Assembly (NCBI GenBank): GCA_036677365.1
Contig: JAVBWN010000012.1
Location: forward strand, 32,001 to 96,000
Origin: Acholeplasma sp.
GTDB lineage: Bacteria; Bacillota_I; Bacilli_A; Acholeplasmatales; UBA5453
Direction: 5' to 3'
DNA: 64,000 bases
Every line of letters begins with the position of its first letter. Position 1 is the first letter of the stretch. The notes beneath the pieces were generated by a model. The model was not told the DNA's origin. It saw nothing but the letters and a program-made list of their open reading frames with translations, and made no database searches. Shown here one piece after another: positions 60,665 through 64,000 of this stretch. The position numbers and the translations under genes were made by a program.

Positions 60665-61570
60665 ATGTCATATGCTTTTTATTATATGTTAACACCGAGA
60701 TGCTTGCTTAACTGTGGGTATTGTTTCAGAGATACTAGTAAAGAATCCCTAGAAAGAGAACTTACACTCGAAGATAAGAAAAAAGTTTTGACCTCTTTAG
60801 TAGAGGTTTTTTATGCTAGAAAAATTACACTATCTGGTGGTGAACCCACCATTACTGGTGGTGTAGTACTTACTCAATTTCTAGATTTAATGAGTCACGT
60901 TAAAGAACTTAAATTGAATCACCCAACACTTAGAATCGAGTTGTTAACGAATGCTATTTTATTAGATAGAGATGTGCTCGAAAAATTGGTGGGCATTGTC
61001 GATAGAATCACAATAACATTGGACACAATTAATGAAGAAATCTTAGAGAAAATTGGCCGAAACACTGGAAAATATAACAACTATTTAAGTCGGTTTAAAC
61101 AAAGAATGATGGATATGAACGACTTAGGATTTGAAACAAAAATTCATTCAGTGATTACACCAGTTAATTACGATTATCTAGAAGAATTAGCACAATATAT
61201 CAAAGATAATAACCACTTATTCAAAATTAATCGTTGGAAGTTTTATCAGTATATGACATACGATGATCCAGTTAAAGATGCCATTTATCAAATAGATGAT
61301 AATAAGTTTGATATTATGTGCAAAAAAATCTCAAGTATCATAGATGGCACTGGCATTGATGTTACATTCAAGGATAATAAACTGATGTTAGATTCTATGC
61401 TGAATTTGACTCACTATGGATGCTTAGAACACGTGACCATATTGGATGGCATTAAAAGAAACTTTGTATCAAAGCCGATTTGGTTATATCCCAATCTAAT
61501 GGAATTATTAAATGATATTCATTTACCAATAGAAAAACTGAACCAGTATCATAGCTATCAAGATGAGTAA
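60665..61570 (+). CDS. Viperin-like radical SAM enzyme
   Basis: CLLNCGYC, KITLSGGEP, TNA, ITLDT, KIGR, KIHSVI, RWKFYQ, N.LMLDS colinear with viperin motifs. Confidence 0.75.
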   Translation: MSYAFYYMLTPRCLLNCGYCFRDTSKESLERELTLEDKKKVLTSLVEVFYARKITLSGGEPTITGGVVLTQFLDLMSHVKELKLNHPTLRIELLTNAILLDRDVLEKLVGIVDRITITLDTINEEILEKIGRNTGKYNNYLSRFKQRMMDMNDLGFETKIHSVITPVNYDYLEELAQYIKDNNHLFKINRWKFYQYMTYDDPVKDAIYQIDDNKFDIMCKKISSIIDGTGIDVTFKDNKLMLDSMLNLTHYGCLEHVTILDGIKRNFVSKPIWLYPNLMELLNDIHLPIEKLNQYHSYQDE

Positions 61571-62279
61571 ACAAGTCTTATTCACTATGGATATAGATTG
61601 GGTCAGCGAACCTGTGATGAAAATCACAATTGATTATATTAAACAATTAAACATACCTTTTCTTATTTTTCAAACTCACATTAGCGAAAGCCTAGTTAAA
61701 GAAACGTCACCATTGATTACATTTGAACTTCATCCAAATTTTTGTGATGGTAGTGATCATGGTAAAACAACTAAAGACGTTATCGAAACCATTTGTAAAT
61801 TTCCTCATAAAGGTCAATCGATTCGCGCACATAAATACTTTATGCCTGATGATGCAATCAAACACATTGATCAGTTTGATTTCAAATATACATTGAATAA
61901 CTTTACAAATTTGAATTATCAAAAACCTGTGAAGATTACTGATAAACTAACAGAGATTCATACATTTTTTGAAGATGGCATTTACTTGAAAAATAAACAA
62001 CCATTAGATGTTGATTTTGTCATTTCAAAAATGAAATCAGATGGATTATATGTGTTCAATATTCACCCGATTCATATCGCTTTTAATGAAAAGGATTATC
62101 AATTAACGCGAAACTTTAAAGACTCGATGACTAAAGATGAGTATCGGTCTATAAGTGCTGAGTTTATTAATAAAAATAAATACAATGGGTATGGAATTGC
62201 TTCGTTTATTAAAGATCTTGTAAAAGAGCTTAAACAAATGGGATATGATTTCATACATATAGGAGAAGTAATCATATGA
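61563..62279 (+). CDS. WbmS-like polysaccharide deacetylase (CE4-like fold)
   Basis: TMDIDW, ELHPNF, IRAH, FFED, FNIHPIH. Confidence 0.75.
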   Translation: MSKQVLFTMDIDWVSEPVMKITIDYIKQLNIPFLIFQTHISESLVKETSPLITFELHPNFCDGSDHGKTTKDVIETICKFPHKGQSIRAHKYFMPDDAIKHIDQFDFKYTLNNFTNLNYQKPVKITDKLTEIHTFFEDGIYLKNKQPLDVDFVISKMKSDGLYVFNIHPIHIAFNEKDYQLTRNFKDSMTKDEYRSISAEFINKNKYNGYGIASFIKDLVKELKQMGYDFIHIGEVII

Positions 62280-64000
62280 TTAAATGTGTTCTCTTAGACA
62301 TAGGTAATACACTGGTATCCAAGAGTGGAAATAATGTCGTAGCACCAGTATTGAAAATGGATATTTTGAGATTAAGAAAACAAGGCATTAAGGTTGGTGT
62401 TGCATCTATGAGAACATATGACCTTGCAAAAAGAATTCTTAATGGAATTGATTTTGATTTCTATATATGTTTAAGCGGTGCGCAAATATTTGTGGATGAT
62501 AAACTTTGTTATGATCAACCAATAGATTATCAAGAATCAGCACATCCTTATGTAATTTATTACAGTAACTCAGAAACCTATGCACTCGATGAAGTATCGG
62601 CGAAACTTGGTAGGGAAAAAGGGTTTGTCGTTGAAACAGTCAAATCGAGTCATACGGAAAACCTATATAATGTTTCGTTACTCGATGTAGAGGGAACAGA
62701 AGTAGATTCGTACAAATCAACATACCATACAGAGTATTGGAGTAGAATTAAAGTTTTGGTGCTCCAAAATCCATTGACATCCAAAGCGAATGCAGTTGAT
62801 TTTATAGCAAATTACTATGGGTTCAAACATGATGAACTATTGGGATTTGGTGATGGCCCCAATGATATCGAGTTTCTATCGAGATGTGGCATATCTGTAG
62901 CCATGGGGAAAAATTATAAGGAACTGATGGATTCAACTACTTTTGCGACTGACAAGGAAGGCAATTTAGGCGTTTCCAAAGCTTTAAGGAAATTAGGATT
63001 AATCCAGGATAAAGTGATTCTATTCATCGAATCAGTTAACGAAATCGGTGGTATGGAAATGCACGGTATGTATTTTATGGATTACTTTAAAGAATACACT
63101 GAACTTATCGTAGTTACTCATCAAAACAACAATAATGTTATTGTCTATAAAAACAATACTTGGATTAATGCAAGGATTGATGACATAGGTGTTTTTATAA
63201 AAGAATATGATGCACCAAACACAATGGTTTTCTTCAATTCGGGTCATTGGATTGAAGAAATGTCATTAATACGATATGCATGCCCAAAATCAACCATATT
63301 TTATAGAACTGGTGGCAATGACATCATATCCTCACCAATGCTTGATTTAACGATGAAAGCTAGCGATCGAAGAGTGTTTTGGAAAAACACAATTAATGAG
63401 GTTGTTAATCACCTCATAACCAATAGCGACTTAACAGAACGAAGACTTGTTGATTTTGGTATTAAAAATCATATTCTATACAAGGTGGTTGGAGGCGTGA
63501 ATGTTGCCATAATTCAACAACTGAATGATCAATATTTTGATATCCGAACGGAACTTTTTACACATGAAGGTAGGATTAATTTAGTATCAGTAACAAGATT
63601 TGAACCTTATAAACGAGTAGAGTTGTTGTTACAGACCATGAGTTTATTGGATAGCCATTTATATCATCTTTATTTGATTGGAAATGGACCTTTATTCAAT
63701 GAACTATATAATAAATACAATCATTTGGAACAGGTGACTTTTTTAGGAAAACAAGCACATGATACTGCTTTAAAATATATTTGTGCAGCAGATTTCTATA
63801 TACAATTTAGCGGAGACACTGTGACCAATCTAGATGGATTAACATATATCCATACGGAGGGAATGGGAAGAACCTTACTAGAAGCAATTACTGCAAGAAC
63901 ACGAGTCATCGTAACAAGATGTGGTGCGTTTGAAGAAATAATTGATGACACCCGTGGTGTGATTATGGATAGTAGTGACCCTAAAGAATTATCTATCATA
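62276..64000 (+). CDS. Cof-type HAD hydrolase fused to a GT4 (GT-B) glycosyltransferase, 3'-truncated by the window edge
   Basis: Translated by hand, open for 575 codons: LDIGNTL, ASMR, SKANA, FGDGPND; then GGMEMH, RFEPYK, IGNGP, EGMGRTLLEA. ATGA overlap with the deacetylase stop. Confidence 0.88.
   Translation, partial: MIKCVLLDIGNTLVSKSGNNVVAPVLKMDILRLRKQGIKVGVASMRTYDLAKRILNGIDFDFYICLSGAQIFVDDKLCYDQPIDYQESAHPYVIYYSNSETYALDEVSAKLGREKGFVVETVKSSHTENLYNVSLLDVEGTEVDSYKSTYHTEYWSRIKVLVLQNPLTSKANAVDFIANYYGFKHDELLGFGDGPNDIEFLSRCGISVAMGKNYKELMDSTTFATDKEGNLGVSKALRKLGLIQDKVILFIESVNEIGGMEMHGMYFMDYFKEYTELIVVTHQNNNNVIVYKNNTWINARIDDIGVFIKEYDAPNTMVFFNSGHWIEEMSLIRYACPKSTIFYRTGGNDIISSPMLDLTMKASDRRVFWKNTINEVVNHLITNSDLTERRLVDFGIKNHILYKVVGGVNVAIIQQLNDQYFDIRTELFTHEGRINLVSVTRFEPYKRVELLLQTMSLLDSHLYHLYLIGNGPLFNELYNKYNHLEQVTFLGKQAHDTALKYICAADFYIQFSGDTVTNLDGLTYIHTEGMGRTLLEAITARTRVIVTRCGAFEEIIDDTRGVIMDSSDPKELSII

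Noticed and set aside
60665..61570. Calling the radical SAM protein MoaA, a SPASM maturase or a canonical pVip
   Set aside because: There is no C-terminal cysteine cluster motif or precursor peptide, and key viperin residues differ.
1242..63999. Short ORFs nested in or antisense to long genes (e.g. 4290-4523, 14044-14388, 25848-26183, 63032-63247, 63796-63999)
   Set aside because: They overlap well-supported genes and lack motifs, so they are treated as shadow ORFs; the last two lie opposite the HAD-GT4 gene.
1..64000. Mycoplasma-type code 4 (TGA = Trp)
   Set aside because: Long ORFs are complete under the standard code, and TGA serves as stop in ATGA overlaps (46711-46714, 62276-62279).
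1..64000. CRISPR array, tRNA/rRNA, IS element or integrase
   Set aside because: No regularly spaced nucleotide repeats, RNA-gene signatures or transposase/recombinase motifs were found by eye; a weak element could have been missed.

Overview
AT-rich bacterial chromosome segment using the standard code (TAA, TAG and TGA all end genes). The many lipoproteins, InlB B-repeat proteins and a DUF2779-like gene point to an Acholeplasmatales-type mollicute (inference). The left half (1-29.9 kb) is nutrition and surface functions: pdxST with a divergent MocR regulator, a GH81 beta-1,3-glucanase lipoprotein, an InlB B-repeat lipoprotein array with a MacB-like ABC protein, and a LacI-linked fructan locus (ABC importer, CBM lipoprotein, three GH32, fructokinase). 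The right half (30 kb to the end) is an almost entirely plus-strand, probable defence island. It holds two metallophosphoesterases, a NERD nuclease, a Hachiman-like nuclease/helicase pair, an FRG pseudogene, a NucC/DUF6602-like nuclease, a minimal Pol-beta NTase next to an Abi/HEPN RNase, an LRR protein, DUF2779 and DUF4116 proteins and an Hhe-like helicase-nuclease. It ends in an operon of a divergent viperin-like radical SAM enzyme, a WbmS-like deacetylase and a HAD-GT4 fusion that runs off the window. The best candidates for undescribed systems are the viperin-like operon and the NucC-like/NTase/HEPN/phosphoesterase block. All family calls are by-eye motif recognition; no searches were run.
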